This document shows, in pieces, positions 45,092-53,760 of a stretch of 64,000 nt of DNA. A model generated the notes under the pieces. It saw only the letters and a list, made by a program, of their open reading frames with translations. It made no database searches and was not told the DNA's origin. Both the position numbers and the translations under genes were made by a program. Where the stretch lies: the NCBI GenBank assembly GCA_964405715.1, contig CAYOOW010000002.1:23597-87596 (forward strand), in the 5' to 3' direction. This DNA comes from an uncultured Bacteroides sp. Its GTDB lineage: Bacteria > Bacillota > Clostridia > Lachnospirales > Lachnospiraceae. Position 1 is the stretch's first letter. Every line of letters begins with the position of its first letter.

Positions 45092-46501
45092 ATGAAAAGC
45101 AGATATAAAATATTAGTTACGGATTTAGAGTGCGGTAAGGATGTCGAGACGAAGCTTGCGGAATATGCGCAGCTGCTTGGAAATCAGTATAATTGCTATG
45201 CGGCCGTCAAGGTGGCCATGAATTATTATACCATGAAAGAGATGCTTGCGGAGCAGGGAGATCAGAATACGGATGTATGCAAATACTTTGACTTGCTGAC
45301 AAATCTGCTGAAAAAGCATATATTGGGCGATGCGGCTGTGGATGACAAGGCACTTGAGACGATTGGACAGCTGAGAAAAAATGTGGAATATAAGATGAAG
45401 AATCTGACTGCATTTACGGATGGCTATGAATTGTATGAATACATTTTAAATCGTATAGAAGCGGGAATTAAGGGAGACATTGCAAGGGTTGATGTGGAGC
45501 AGCTGTCGGCAAGGATGTTCGGCTATGTGTTTTCCGGGAACGATACGGTTGTCGTGAACAGCAAATTACAGCTTCTGATGGCGCAGCTGCCTGTTCGTAT
45601 GACAAAGAATAAATTTTACGATATTGTCACAAATACGCTGATGATATATAAGGGCGGTGACAGGGCTGCCGTAGACGAATTTGCGGACATGCTGCGGGCA
45701 TCGGTTCTCATTCACAGACCAAAAGGGTTTGAGACGGAATATCCGTTTTTGTACCATGTATATAATGATTTGTGCGAGGCTGATTATAATAGTATGAACG
45801 AAGAGCAGTTTGATTCGTTGTCAGCACGGCTGAATCGGGCGGCAGATATTATAAATCACGAGGTCTCGGCACTCATGCTGCTTGAGGAGATCATTAATGA
45901 TGTGTATACGCTGCTGCTCACGGAGGAAAAAGCGGGAAATGAAAACGGGGAGAAAGCAGGATATAAGGCTGCACTTCGCATTTTGGATGCGTGTGTGGAG
46001 TGTAAAAATAATAATATGGACGATATGCTTGCGGGCCTGGCTCCTGAATTTATGAATGTGGAGGGCGTACAGGAGGATGTCTATGAGAATGTTATTATAT
46101 TGGAAGCCGCTTTTGACGATATCAGACAGGCAAATGCGGATTTGATAGACACGCTGGGTTTAAAGGAAATGTTTGACAGGCTTAAGACTGTATCAAAGCT
46201 TCTGTCTACGAGCTTGTTTGTTGATTTGGATAAGGAGGAGGGCGCTTCGTCTGAGCCTGCCGATCATGCATATATTATGAAGCTGCGCGATGTACTGACG
46301 GCCGAACTGGCAGATTCCTTTGCAGGCAAGGATAGAAAGGTTGTGCGGAGCATGATGTGCAAAATACTTGCCGGTATGCCGATATTTATGAACAGTCAGC
46401 AGGAGATAAAGGATTATTTTGATTATGTATTAAATAATTGTAAGGATGACAGTGAATTGACAGCCTGCAGCAAGCTGATATCTGAATTGATGGAGGAATA
46501 A
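45092..46501 (+). CDS. Hypothetical protein, 469 aa, predicted helical, no recognised motif
   Basis: Long ORF with RBS AGGAGAA and coding-like composition. Confidence 0.8.
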   Translation: MKSRYKILVTDLECGKDVETKLAEYAQLLGNQYNCYAAVKVAMNYYTMKEMLAEQGDQNTDVCKYFDLLTNLLKKHILGDAAVDDKALETIGQLRKNVEYKMKNLTAFTDGYELYEYILNRIEAGIKGDIARVDVEQLSARMFGYVFSGNDTVVVNSKLQLLMAQLPVRMTKNKFYDIVTNTLMIYKGGDRAAVDEFADMLRASVLIHRPKGFETEYPFLYHVYNDLCEADYNSMNEEQFDSLSARLNRAADIINHEVSALMLLEEIINDVYTLLLTEEKAGNENGEKAGYKAALRILDACVECKNNNMDDMLAGLAPEFMNVEGVQEDVYENVIILEAAFDDIRQANADLIDTLGLKEMFDRLKTVSKLLSTSLFVDLDKEEGASSEPADHAYIMKLRDVLTAELADSFAGKDRKVVRSMMCKILAGMPIFMNSQQEIKDYFDYVLNNCKDDSELTACSKLISELMEE

Positions 46502-46527
46502 GCTGCAGGAAGGTTTGAGGTGGTTAT

Positions 46528-46851
46528 GTGAATATATCAGATGCATTGTATACATACGGGATAAGGGATAGGAAGCTTGACAAGATATTAAAGCGGATTT
46601 CAAAGGGCAAACGCGTTCATAATCTGTATGTGATTGTGCTGCCTTTGGGGCGGGACGGATTGCTGGAGATATATGTGTATAATCAGCTGCTGCAGCCGTT
46701 TTACAGGCCTGTTGTTGACCAAATACATGTGCTTGGTGTTGCATTGAGTAAGGAGGATGCAGAGGAGCTGGTATTGCAGATGGTACAGGATATGTATGAT
46801 GCAGGAGACGGAAACAGTCTCGATATGGATTTTTTTGCTTGTGATGCATAG
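46528..46851 (+). CDS. Hypothetical protein, 107 aa (GTG start)
   Basis: RBS GAGGTGG 4 nt before the GTG. Packed between neighbouring genes on the same strand. Confidence 0.6.
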   Translation: MNISDALYTYGIRDRKLDKILKRISKGKRVHNLYVIVLPLGRDGLLEIYVYNQLLQPFYRPVVDQIHVLGVALSKEDAEELVLQMVQDMYDAGDGNSLDMDFFACDA

Positions 46852-46871
46852 AGAAATGGGTGTGAAATGAG

Positions 46872-47891
46872 ATGCTCCATGTTTTGGTATTTGTATTAAA
46901 AATAATATTATGGTTGCTGCTTGGTTTGCTTGGCCTGCTTTTGCTTTGTGTTCTGCTTGTGCTTTTTGTGCCCATTACATACAAGGTGGATGCTGCCTAC
47001 GATGGAACGGCAAAAATAAATGCAAAGATACGTTTTTTGATTTTTTCGCTGCGGCTCAGCTTCGACCAGAAAGCAAAAAAGATGGAGCAGGACATGCGCA
47101 TTGCATTTTTCCGGCTTGGGAAAAAGGGCACGGAGAGGGTTGATGAGGCAGTTGAAACCATAGAAAACGTGATACCGGATGATGAGGATGAAGAAGAGTT
47201 TGAGGCGGAGCCATCAGACGACAGAACATCTGAAGATATAATATCGGATACTGTGGCGTTGCACACAAAGGGGCAGCCTCAATATGATGCGCTTGAGGAC
47301 AGTCCTGCGAATGAAGAATATGATTTGTGGAATAATGAAGATGAGGACTGTTTTCAGGAGGCGGTTGTGCCGGAAGAAAAAAAAACGTTTGGAAAAATCA
47401 AGGCATTTTTCGTAAAAGTGTCTGCATGGTTCAGAAGAATACGCGGTTTTGCGGCGCAGCTTACACCGGCGCAGCTTACGGAATCCTTTGAAAAGAAGCT
47501 GAATGAGCTGAATAAAAAGAAACTGCAGATTCAAAAGAGGCTGGAGCGTATAAAAAGGTTCTGGAATCTGAATTGTACGGTTAAAACCAGAGCGTATCTG
47601 AAGAAGTATATAGGCAGTGTATTGCGGCATATCAGACCGAGAAAGATAAAGGGACGGATACACTATGGCTTTGATGATCCGTGCAGGACAGGACAGGTGA
47701 CGGGATATTTAAGCCTGCTGCCTTTTGTATATCAGAAGGGGCTTAGTCTGGAACCGGATTTTTATAACAAGGTGATAGAGGGACACATCAATATGCGGGG
47801 GCATATTCAGCCGGGTTATCTTTTGAGGATTGTTCTTAAAATTAATATATGGAGAACCGTGATGGCTGCAAGAAAGCCGGCTGATTCATAA
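46872..47891 (+). CDS. YtfI-like (DUF2953) sporulation-associated membrane protein
   Basis: N-terminal Leu-rich TM followed by VPITYKVDAAYDG... and C-terminal ...GRIHYGFDDPCRTGQVTGYLS. Its position directly upstream of a YtfJ homolog matches B. subtilis ytfI-ytfJ. Confidence 0.8.
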   Translation: MLHVLVFVLKIILWLLLGLLGLLLLCVLLVLFVPITYKVDAAYDGTAKINAKIRFLIFSLRLSFDQKAKKMEQDMRIAFFRLGKKGTERVDEAVETIENVIPDDEDEEEFEAEPSDDRTSEDIISDTVALHTKGQPQYDALEDSPANEEYDLWNNEDEDCFQEAVVPEEKKTFGKIKAFFVKVSAWFRRIRGFAAQLTPAQLTESFEKKLNELNKKKLQIQKRLERIKRFWNLNCTVKTRAYLKKYIGSVLRHIRPRKIKGRIHYGFDDPCRTGQVTGYLSLLPFVYQKGLSLEPDFYNKVIEGHINMRGHIQPGYLLRIVLKINIWRTVMAARKPADS

Positions 47892-47903
47892 TAACAAAGG
47901 CGG

Positions 47904-47920
47904 CCGCCGGTTTCCGGCGG
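47904..47920 (+). other. GC-rich hairpin CCGCCGG-TTT-CCGGCGG between the ytfI-like and ytfJ-like genes
   Basis: 7-bp perfect stem with a 3-nt loop and no U-tract. Function unknown. Confidence 0.3.
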
Positions 47921-47940
47921 AATTAAAAGGAGGTTATAAA

Positions 47941-48354
47941 ATGGCAAATGAATTTAATGAAACCCTTGCTTCTCTGTTCAAGGGTATGGATGCGATGCTT
48001 ACGACAAAGACAGTGGTCGGGGAACCTACAATGCTGGGGGATACGATTATTCTGCCGCTTGTGGATGTAAATTTCGGAGTGGCAGCGGGAGCGTTTACAA
48101 AGTCAGGTAACAGTAACTCTGCCGGAGGCGGTATGGGGGGAAAGATGTCCCCGTCGGCTGTACTTGTGATACAGAACGGACATGCCCGTATGGTCAGTGT
48201 AAAGAGTGAGGATACAATCAGTAAAATTATTGATATGGTGCCGGATATTGTAGATAAAATCGGTAATATTGTCGGTAAAGGAGAGAAAGATAAAAATCAG
48301 GAAGAGGAGATAAATCAGGCAATCAGTGATATTGCGAAGGAAGAGGAGATTTAG
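47941..48354 (+). CDS. YtfJ/GerW-family sporulation protein
   Basis: TVVGEPTMLGDTIILPLVDVNFGVAAGA and GGGMGGKMSPSAVLVIQNG are typical of the family. Strong RBS AAAGGAGG. Confidence 0.9.
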   Translation: MANEFNETLASLFKGMDAMLTTKTVVGEPTMLGDTIILPLVDVNFGVAAGAFTKSGNSNSAGGGMGGKMSPSAVLVIQNGHARMVSVKSEDTISKIIDMVPDIVDKIGNIVGKGEKDKNQEEEINQAISDIAKEEEI

Positions 48355-48422
48355 AGTCTTTGTCACAGATGACCGGCATATAATGTTCTAAGACGGCTTT
48401 TATTGAAAACGGGTGATACGTT

Positions 48423-48566
48423 GTGAGGGCTTTGATTGGATATGCCATGCTGTTTATGGCTGTAGGTATGCTGTTGTCATATTTTGTAAGCGGATTTGGA
48501 GAGTTTTTGTGCGTAGTACTGTTGCTGGTCGGTGCATATTTTTTGTTATGCAGATGCCAGCGCTGA
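48423..48566 (+). CDS. Candidate small hydrophobic protein (47 aa; below the ORF-track cutoff)
   Basis: GTG preceded by GGGTGA at 6 nt. Translates to VRALIGYAMLFMAVGMLLSYFVSGFGEFLCVVLLLVGAYFLLCRCQR*. ATG 48447 is an alternative start. Confidence 0.35.
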   Translation: MRALIGYAMLFMAVGMLLSYFVSGFGEFLCVVLLLVGAYFLLCRCQR

Positions 48567-48589
48567 GGCAACAGGCGGGAAGAGGAAGA

Positions 48590-49579
48590 ATGGAAGAGAA
48601 AAAACCGAATGAGTTGATAGAATTGCTGCGGGGACATCGCGTGTTTTTGCAGACACACAATTTCCCTGATCCGGATGCCATATCGAGTGCTTTTGGATTG
48701 CAGCGATATCTGGAATATTATGGTATTTCGTCTATGATATGTTATGTGGGCAGTATAGACCGGTTTAATACCAGAAAGATGATGGATACTTTTGGAATTG
48801 AGATTTATTCTTATGATGAAATCGATGATATGCAGCCGGAAGATTATATTGTGCACGTGGACTGCCAGAAGCCGAATGCAAATACGACAGACCTGCCGGG
48901 TGATGAGGCAGCGTGTGTGGATCATCATCCGATTTTTGAGAAAACACGGGATTATCGGTATCAGGATATCCGAATCACCGGTGCATGTGCGAGTATTGTA
49001 GCCGGCTATTATGCGGCTACGGATACACCGATTGAAGAGAATGTCGCAACGGCGCTTGCATATGGTATCAAGATGGATACGGATGATTTGATTCGGGGCG
49101 TGACGCAGTTTGATATGGACATGATGTCATATCTGTTTCGCCATGCTGACTGGCGGAAGCTGTCCTCCATGTATAATTCCACGATTGAATTTCAGGATCT
49201 GATGGCATATGGTGCGGCGATTGAGAATATAGAAGTGTTTGATTCAGTGGGATTTACATATATACCGTTTGAATGTCCGAATTCACTTGTGGCAATTATA
49301 TCGGATTTTGTGATGTCACTTGATGTTGTCGATATATCTGTGGTATATTCGGTCAATGCGGCAGGCATTAAATTTTCAGTGCGAAGTGAGAAAACAAACG
49401 TAGATGCGGGTAAATTGATTCATGAGGCACTGGAGGGTGTGGGCTCCGGAGGAGGACATGCAACTATGGCGGGAGGCTTTATCTGCGAATCGGTCATGAA
49501 GCGGTTTGGAAATCAATATGATAGAAAAATTAAGGAGCTGTTTATGACGGCGCTAAAGAAAATGAATGAAGTTACATAG
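48590..49579 (+). CDS. DHH/DHHA1-family phosphoesterase (NrnA-like)
   Basis: Motifs HNFPDPDAISS, CVDHHP, GSGGGHATMAGG. ORF 48413.. trimmed to the ATG at 48590 (MEEKKPNE). Confidence 0.9.
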   Translation: MEEKKPNELIELLRGHRVFLQTHNFPDPDAISSAFGLQRYLEYYGISSMICYVGSIDRFNTRKMMDTFGIEIYSYDEIDDMQPEDYIVHVDCQKPNANTTDLPGDEAACVDHHPIFEKTRDYRYQDIRITGACASIVAGYYAATDTPIEENVATALAYGIKMDTDDLIRGVTQFDMDMMSYLFRHADWRKLSSMYNSTIEFQDLMAYGAAIENIEVFDSVGFTYIPFECPNSLVAIISDFVMSLDVVDISVVYSVNAAGIKFSVRSEKTNVDAGKLIHEALEGVGSGGGHATMAGGFICESVMKRFGNQYDRKIKELFMTALKKMNEVT

Positions 49580-49594
49580 TAAGAGGTGGTTACA

Positions 49595-50263
49595 ATGAGT
49601 ACGGCAGCCGATATGAGTGTTGAGGTATTGATGAATTCCGAAAATCCGGAATTGGTGTTGAAGAATATGCAGCCATTCATAGATTTGATGATGAATTATG
49701 AGTGCGCGTTAATGGAGATAGAGACGAAGCTAAAGGTGTTAAATACGGAGTTTGCCTTGCGGCACAACAGAAATCCCTTTGAGTCAATCAAATGCAGACT
49801 GAAGCAGCCGATTAGTATTGTGCGGAAGATGCGGAAAAAGAATCTTGATATCACCATAGAAAATATAGAGAATAATCTGACTGATATAGCAGGTATCAGA
49901 GTAATCTGTTCATTTCCTGAGGATATCTATAATTTGGCCGATTTGCTGTCCCAGCAGGATGATATCAATGTTGTGTGCGTCAAGGACTACATACGGAATC
50001 CGAAGAAAAACGGTTACAGGAGCCTGCATCTGATTGTTGAGGTTCCGATATTTTTATCCAATGAGAAAAAGTATATGAAGGTAGAGGTACAGTTTCGGAC
50101 GATTGCCATGGACTTCTGGGCAAGTCTGGACCACAAGCTGAAGTATAAAAAGGACAATTTGAAGCATCCGGAGATTATCGTGCAGGAATTAAAAAAATGT
50201 GCAGATACGATAACCTCGGTAGATTATAAGATGCAGGAAATCAGAAATATGCTGGAGGACTAG
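49595..50263 (+). CDS. Small alarmone synthetase (RelQ/RelP-type GTP pyrophosphokinase)
   Basis: RelA_SpoT synthetase motifs DIAGIRVICSF, GYRSLHLIV, EVQFRTIAMDFWASLDHKLKYK. There is no hydrolase domain. Confidence 0.9.
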   Translation: MSTAADMSVEVLMNSENPELVLKNMQPFIDLMMNYECALMEIETKLKVLNTEFALRHNRNPFESIKCRLKQPISIVRKMRKKNLDITIENIENNLTDIAGIRVICSFPEDIYNLADLLSQQDDINVVCVKDYIRNPKKNGYRSLHLIVEVPIFLSNEKKYMKVEVQFRTIAMDFWASLDHKLKYKKDNLKHPEIIVQELKKCADTITSVDYKMQEIRNMLED

Positions 50264-50267
50264 CCTG

Positions 50268-50837
50268 ATGGGAAAAAAATTATGGAAGCCGGGCAACATG
50301 TTGTATCCGGTGCCTGCCGTTATGGTGACGGTAGGAGACGGAAAAAAGAACGATAATATTATCACGATTGCATGGACGGGAACGATTAATTCCGATCCGC
50401 CCATGGTATCTATATCTGTCAGAAAATCCAGATATTCTCATGACTTATTGATGGAGCATGGCGAATTTGTCATAAATCTGGTGACAAGGGAACTGACCTA
50501 TGCCATGGATTACTGCGGTGTAAGGTCCGGCAGAGATATAGACAAATTCGCAGCGATGAAGCTCACCAGAGGAGAGGGAAGAACGGTTTTGGTGCCGGTT
50601 ATAGCGGAGAGTCCGGTCAACATAGAGTGTAAGGTGACGCAGGTGCTTGAGCTTGGTTCTCATGATATGTTTCTGGCTAAGGTAACAGGTGTGCAGGCAG
50701 ACGAGAAGTACATGGATGAAAACGGCAAATTTGATTTGCGCAAAGCCGATTTGACAGCATATTCCCATGGTCAGTATTATACTCTGGGAGAGAATATCGG
50801 CAAGTTTGGATACAGTGTGCAGAAGAAGCGTAAATAA
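50268..50837 (+). CDS. Flavin reductase-like (split-barrel FMN-binding) protein
   Basis: PVPAVMVTVGDG...NIITIAWTGTINSDPPMVSISVR..SRYSHDLL pattern. Confidence 0.88.
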   Translation: MGKKLWKPGNMLYPVPAVMVTVGDGKKNDNIITIAWTGTINSDPPMVSISVRKSRYSHDLLMEHGEFVINLVTRELTYAMDYCGVRSGRDIDKFAAMKLTRGEGRTVLVPVIAESPVNIECKVTQVLELGSHDMFLAKVTGVQADEKYMDENGKFDLRKADLTAYSHGQYYTLGENIGKFGYSVQKKRK

Positions 50838-50944
50838 AAGATAAACGAATTTATGCACACATGCTGTTGATAAGCGGATGATTCTTTTTGACAGTGCATC
50901 ACAATTGTGGCTTGACATGCTTTTATAATACTATAAAATAATAG

Positions 50945-50997
50945 GTGAACGAAACGGTTATCTGCATGAATATAACCGCTTTGTTCACTTATTTATT
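50945..50997 (+). terminator. Terminator-like hairpin (17-bp stem GTGAACGAAACGGTTAT / ATAACCGCTTTGTTCAC, one G-U and one mismatch) plus a T-rich tail
   Basis: Read directly. It is either the terminator of the flavin reductase gene (107 nt downstream) or a leader structure of comM; a TTGACA-16-TAAAAT promoter candidate lies at 50912-50939. Confidence 0.4.
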
Positions 50998-51037
50998 GTG
51001 CTCATTCTGCATCCGGAGAGGGATAAGGAGTAAGCAT

Positions 51038-52570
51038 ATGTTCAGTAAAGTAACGAGCTGCGCCGTTCTCGGTGTGAATGGCGTGCAAATTAATGTGGAA
51101 GCTGATGTAAATGACGGACTTCCCATGTTTACCATGGTCGGTTATCTTTCTTCTTCCGTGAAGGAGGCCGGCGAGCGCGTCAGAGCCGCGCTCAGAAATT
51201 CAGGATATCACGTTCCTCCAAAACGAATCACAATCAATCTTTCCCCGGCTGATCTGAAAAAGGATGGCTCCGGTTTTGACCTTCCCGTGGCAATTGCAGT
51301 GCTGCTTGCAACGGGTATTACGCCGGAGCTTGACATGGAAGCGTTTGCGGTTATAGGTGAGCTCAGTCTGAATGGTACGGTTAAGCCGGTGCCGGGAATA
51401 TTGCCGATGGTGAGTCATTGTCAGGCGTGCGGTATGTCGGGGTGTATTGTACCGAGGAAAAATGTCAGGGAAGCATCGCTTGTGAGAGGAATGAAGGTAT
51501 ATGGTGTTTCCACATTACAGGAGGCTGTTGCGTTCATTCAGGGAACTTTGCAGATTGACGCAGAGACGTTCACGGATGATTCATGGATACAGACCGAACA
51601 GACCGCTCAGATGAATTTTGCAGATATCCGCGGTCAGGAAATTTTAAAACGGGGAATGGAGATTGCGGCATCCGGATTTCATAATGTTCTGATGACCGGA
51701 GCTGCGGGGGCGGGGAAGTCCATGCTCGCCAAATGTCTCCCCGGAATTATGCCGGCGCTCTCCTTTGACGAGTGTCTCGAAATAACAAAAATATACAGTG
51801 TGAGCGGATTGCTGACGGGTACACAGTCCCTTATTGCAAAGAGACCTTTTCGTGCGCCGCATCATACGATATCGGAGCATGCTTTGGTTGGCGGAGGACT
51901 TGTTCCGAAGCCGGGTGAGGTAAGTCTGGCGCACAATGGCGTGCTTTTTCTGGATGAGCTCCCGGAATTCAGCAGAAGTGTATTGGAGGTTTTGCGACAG
52001 CCGATAGAGGACAGGCAGGTGACAATATCCAGAGTGCATGCCTCTTATGTATATCCGTCCGATTTTATGCTGGTGGCAGCAATGAATCCCTGCCCCTGCG
52101 GGCATTATCCTGATTTGAGACGCTGTACCTGTACACCATCTCAGATTAAGCGGTATCAGAGCAAAATCAGCGCTCCGCTGCTGGACCGAATCGATATAAA
52201 TATGGAGGTGAAACCCGTACAGTACGATGATTTGTTCTGCGAATATCATGCGGAGGATTCTGAAAGGATTCGTGAGCGGGTGGAGAGAGCCAGACAGATA
52301 CAGCAGCGCAGATATGCGGATGAAAAAATACATTTTAACTCTCAGTTAGAGGGGAGATTATTGAACAAATATATACATCTGGGTTATGAGGAGCAGGCTT
52401 TGATGGAGCGCGTCTTTGAACAGAGCAGTCTGAGTGCCAGAGGCGCAAAACGCGTCCTCAAGCTCGCACGGACAATTGCCGACATGGAGGGAAGTACGGA
52501 AATTTGCTGCTCTCATATAAAGGAGGCTGTATTTTACAGAAACAGCGGGGTGAATACTTATGTGTACTGA
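51038..52570 (+). CDS. comM: YifB/ComM-family Mg-chelatase-like ATPase
   Basis: Lon-like N-terminal domain, Walker A GAAGAGKSM, Walker B LFLDELPEF. ORF trimmed to the ATG at 51038 (MFSKVTSCAVLG). Confidence 0.93.
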   Translation: MFSKVTSCAVLGVNGVQINVEADVNDGLPMFTMVGYLSSSVKEAGERVRAALRNSGYHVPPKRITINLSPADLKKDGSGFDLPVAIAVLLATGITPELDMEAFAVIGELSLNGTVKPVPGILPMVSHCQACGMSGCIVPRKNVREASLVRGMKVYGVSTLQEAVAFIQGTLQIDAETFTDDSWIQTEQTAQMNFADIRGQEILKRGMEIAASGFHNVLMTGAAGAGKSMLAKCLPGIMPALSFDECLEITKIYSVSGLLTGTQSLIAKRPFRAPHHTISEHALVGGGLVPKPGEVSLAHNGVLFLDELPEFSRSVLEVLRQPIEDRQVTISRVHASYVYPSDFMLVAAMNPCPCGHYPDLRRCTCTPSQIKRYQSKISAPLLDRIDINMEVKPVQYDDLFCEYHAEDSERIRERVERARQIQQRRYADEKIHFNSQLEGRLLNKYIHLGYEEQALMERVFEQSSLSARGAKRVLKLARTIADMEGSTEICCSHIKEAVFYRNSGVNTYVY

Positions 52571-53714
52571 CAGAGAACGAACATTATTTAATTTATGGTT
52601 TTGTAATATTGCAGGTGTGGGGGCGAAAACAAGGAAAAGGCTGCGGGAGAAATTCGGTGAACCGGAAGCTATATTCCAAATATCGGAAAAAGAGCTGTAT
52701 GAGGTGATACAGGATGCTGATACGGTAAACAGTATATTAAAATCAAGAGATATGCAAAAGCCGGAAGCGCAGCTGTGTGAGCTGGAGAGCCGCGGAATCA
52801 AGGTCATATATCCCGGACATCCCGCTTATCCCGTGCGTTTATATCATATTTATGATCCGCCGGATATTCTGTATGTAAGAGGAATAATACGGCAGGAAGG
52901 TCATATACATAATAGCAGTATAGGAATTGTCGGTTCGCGGAGACCTGATATATACGGCAGAGAGATGGCAGGAATGTTTGCAAGAAAGCTGGCCGCAAAA
53001 GACTGTACAATCGTCAGTGGTTTGGCGCACGGAATCGACAGCGCCGCTCATCGCGGAGCGCTGAAGGCCGGAGGTTACACTATGGCGGTGCTGGGGTGTG
53101 GAATTGATGTCACATATCCGCCGGAAAATGCGGAATTGTATCATCAGATTGAATGCTCGGGCGCAATAATATCCGAGCATGGACTCGGCGTATCACCACA
53201 TCCCGGCTTTTTTCCGATGAGAAACCGTATCATCAGCGGGCTGTCCGACGGTGTACTGGTAGTGGAGGCAAAGAGAAGAAGCGGTTCTCTCATTACCGCA
53301 GACAGTGCATTGGAGCAGGGACGGCAGGTTTACGCACTTCCGGGAAGAGCGTATGATCAAAACAGTGTTGGAACAAATAATTTAATTAAGCAGGGAGCGG
53401 TATGCGTGACAGAACCCGAAGATATTTTAAGGGATTTGAATATAGGGGAGGAGAGGAATATGCAGTTACATTCCGAAATTATTTCAACGAAAGAAGATGA
53501 TTATAAGGATTTTGCGGCAGATGTCGTCAAAAATTCACTTGCGCCTGCGGAAAAAATGGTGTATAGTTGTTTGAGTTTAGAGCCGATGTATATTGATGAC
53601 ATTATACAGCAGTCAGGGATTGGTATAACAAATGTAATCAGTATTCTATACGGTTTGGAGGAAAGAGGGATGATTAAACAGCCGGTCAGGGGATATTATA
53701 TCCTTGCTGTTTGA
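52560..53714 (+). CDS. dprA: DNA-processing protein DprA
   Basis: IGIVGSRR, SGLAHGIDSAAHRGAL, and a C-terminal winged-helix-like tail. It overlaps comM by 11 nt. Confidence 0.94.
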   Translation: MCTDRERTLFNLWFCNIAGVGAKTRKRLREKFGEPEAIFQISEKELYEVIQDADTVNSILKSRDMQKPEAQLCELESRGIKVIYPGHPAYPVRLYHIYDPPDILYVRGIIRQEGHIHNSSIGIVGSRRPDIYGREMAGMFARKLAAKDCTIVSGLAHGIDSAAHRGALKAGGYTMAVLGCGIDVTYPPENAELYHQIECSGAIISEHGLGVSPHPGFFPMRNRIISGLSDGVLVVEAKRRSGSLITADSALEQGRQVYALPGRAYDQNSVGTNNLIKQGAVCVTEPEDILRDLNIGEERNMQLHSEIISTKEDDYKDFAADVVKNSLAPAEKMVYSCLSLEPMYIDDIIQQSGIGITNVISILYGLEERGMIKQPVRGYYILAV

Positions 53715-53760
53715 TTGGGAATAAAAATCAGAAGTATGCTTTTTGAAGGAGCAGAGAGGT

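Noticed and set aside
50945-51037. N-terminal extensions proposed by the ORF track, for example 50945 for comM, 55821 for codY, 48413 for the DHH protein, 6404 for the first MFP, 34744 for cobW, 53743 for topA and 153..1091 for the TCS accessory gene.
   Set aside because: In each case an internal ATG is preceded by a proper Shine-Dalgarno sequence and begins the conserved N-terminus of the family. The extensions overlap upstream genes or regulatory hairpins.
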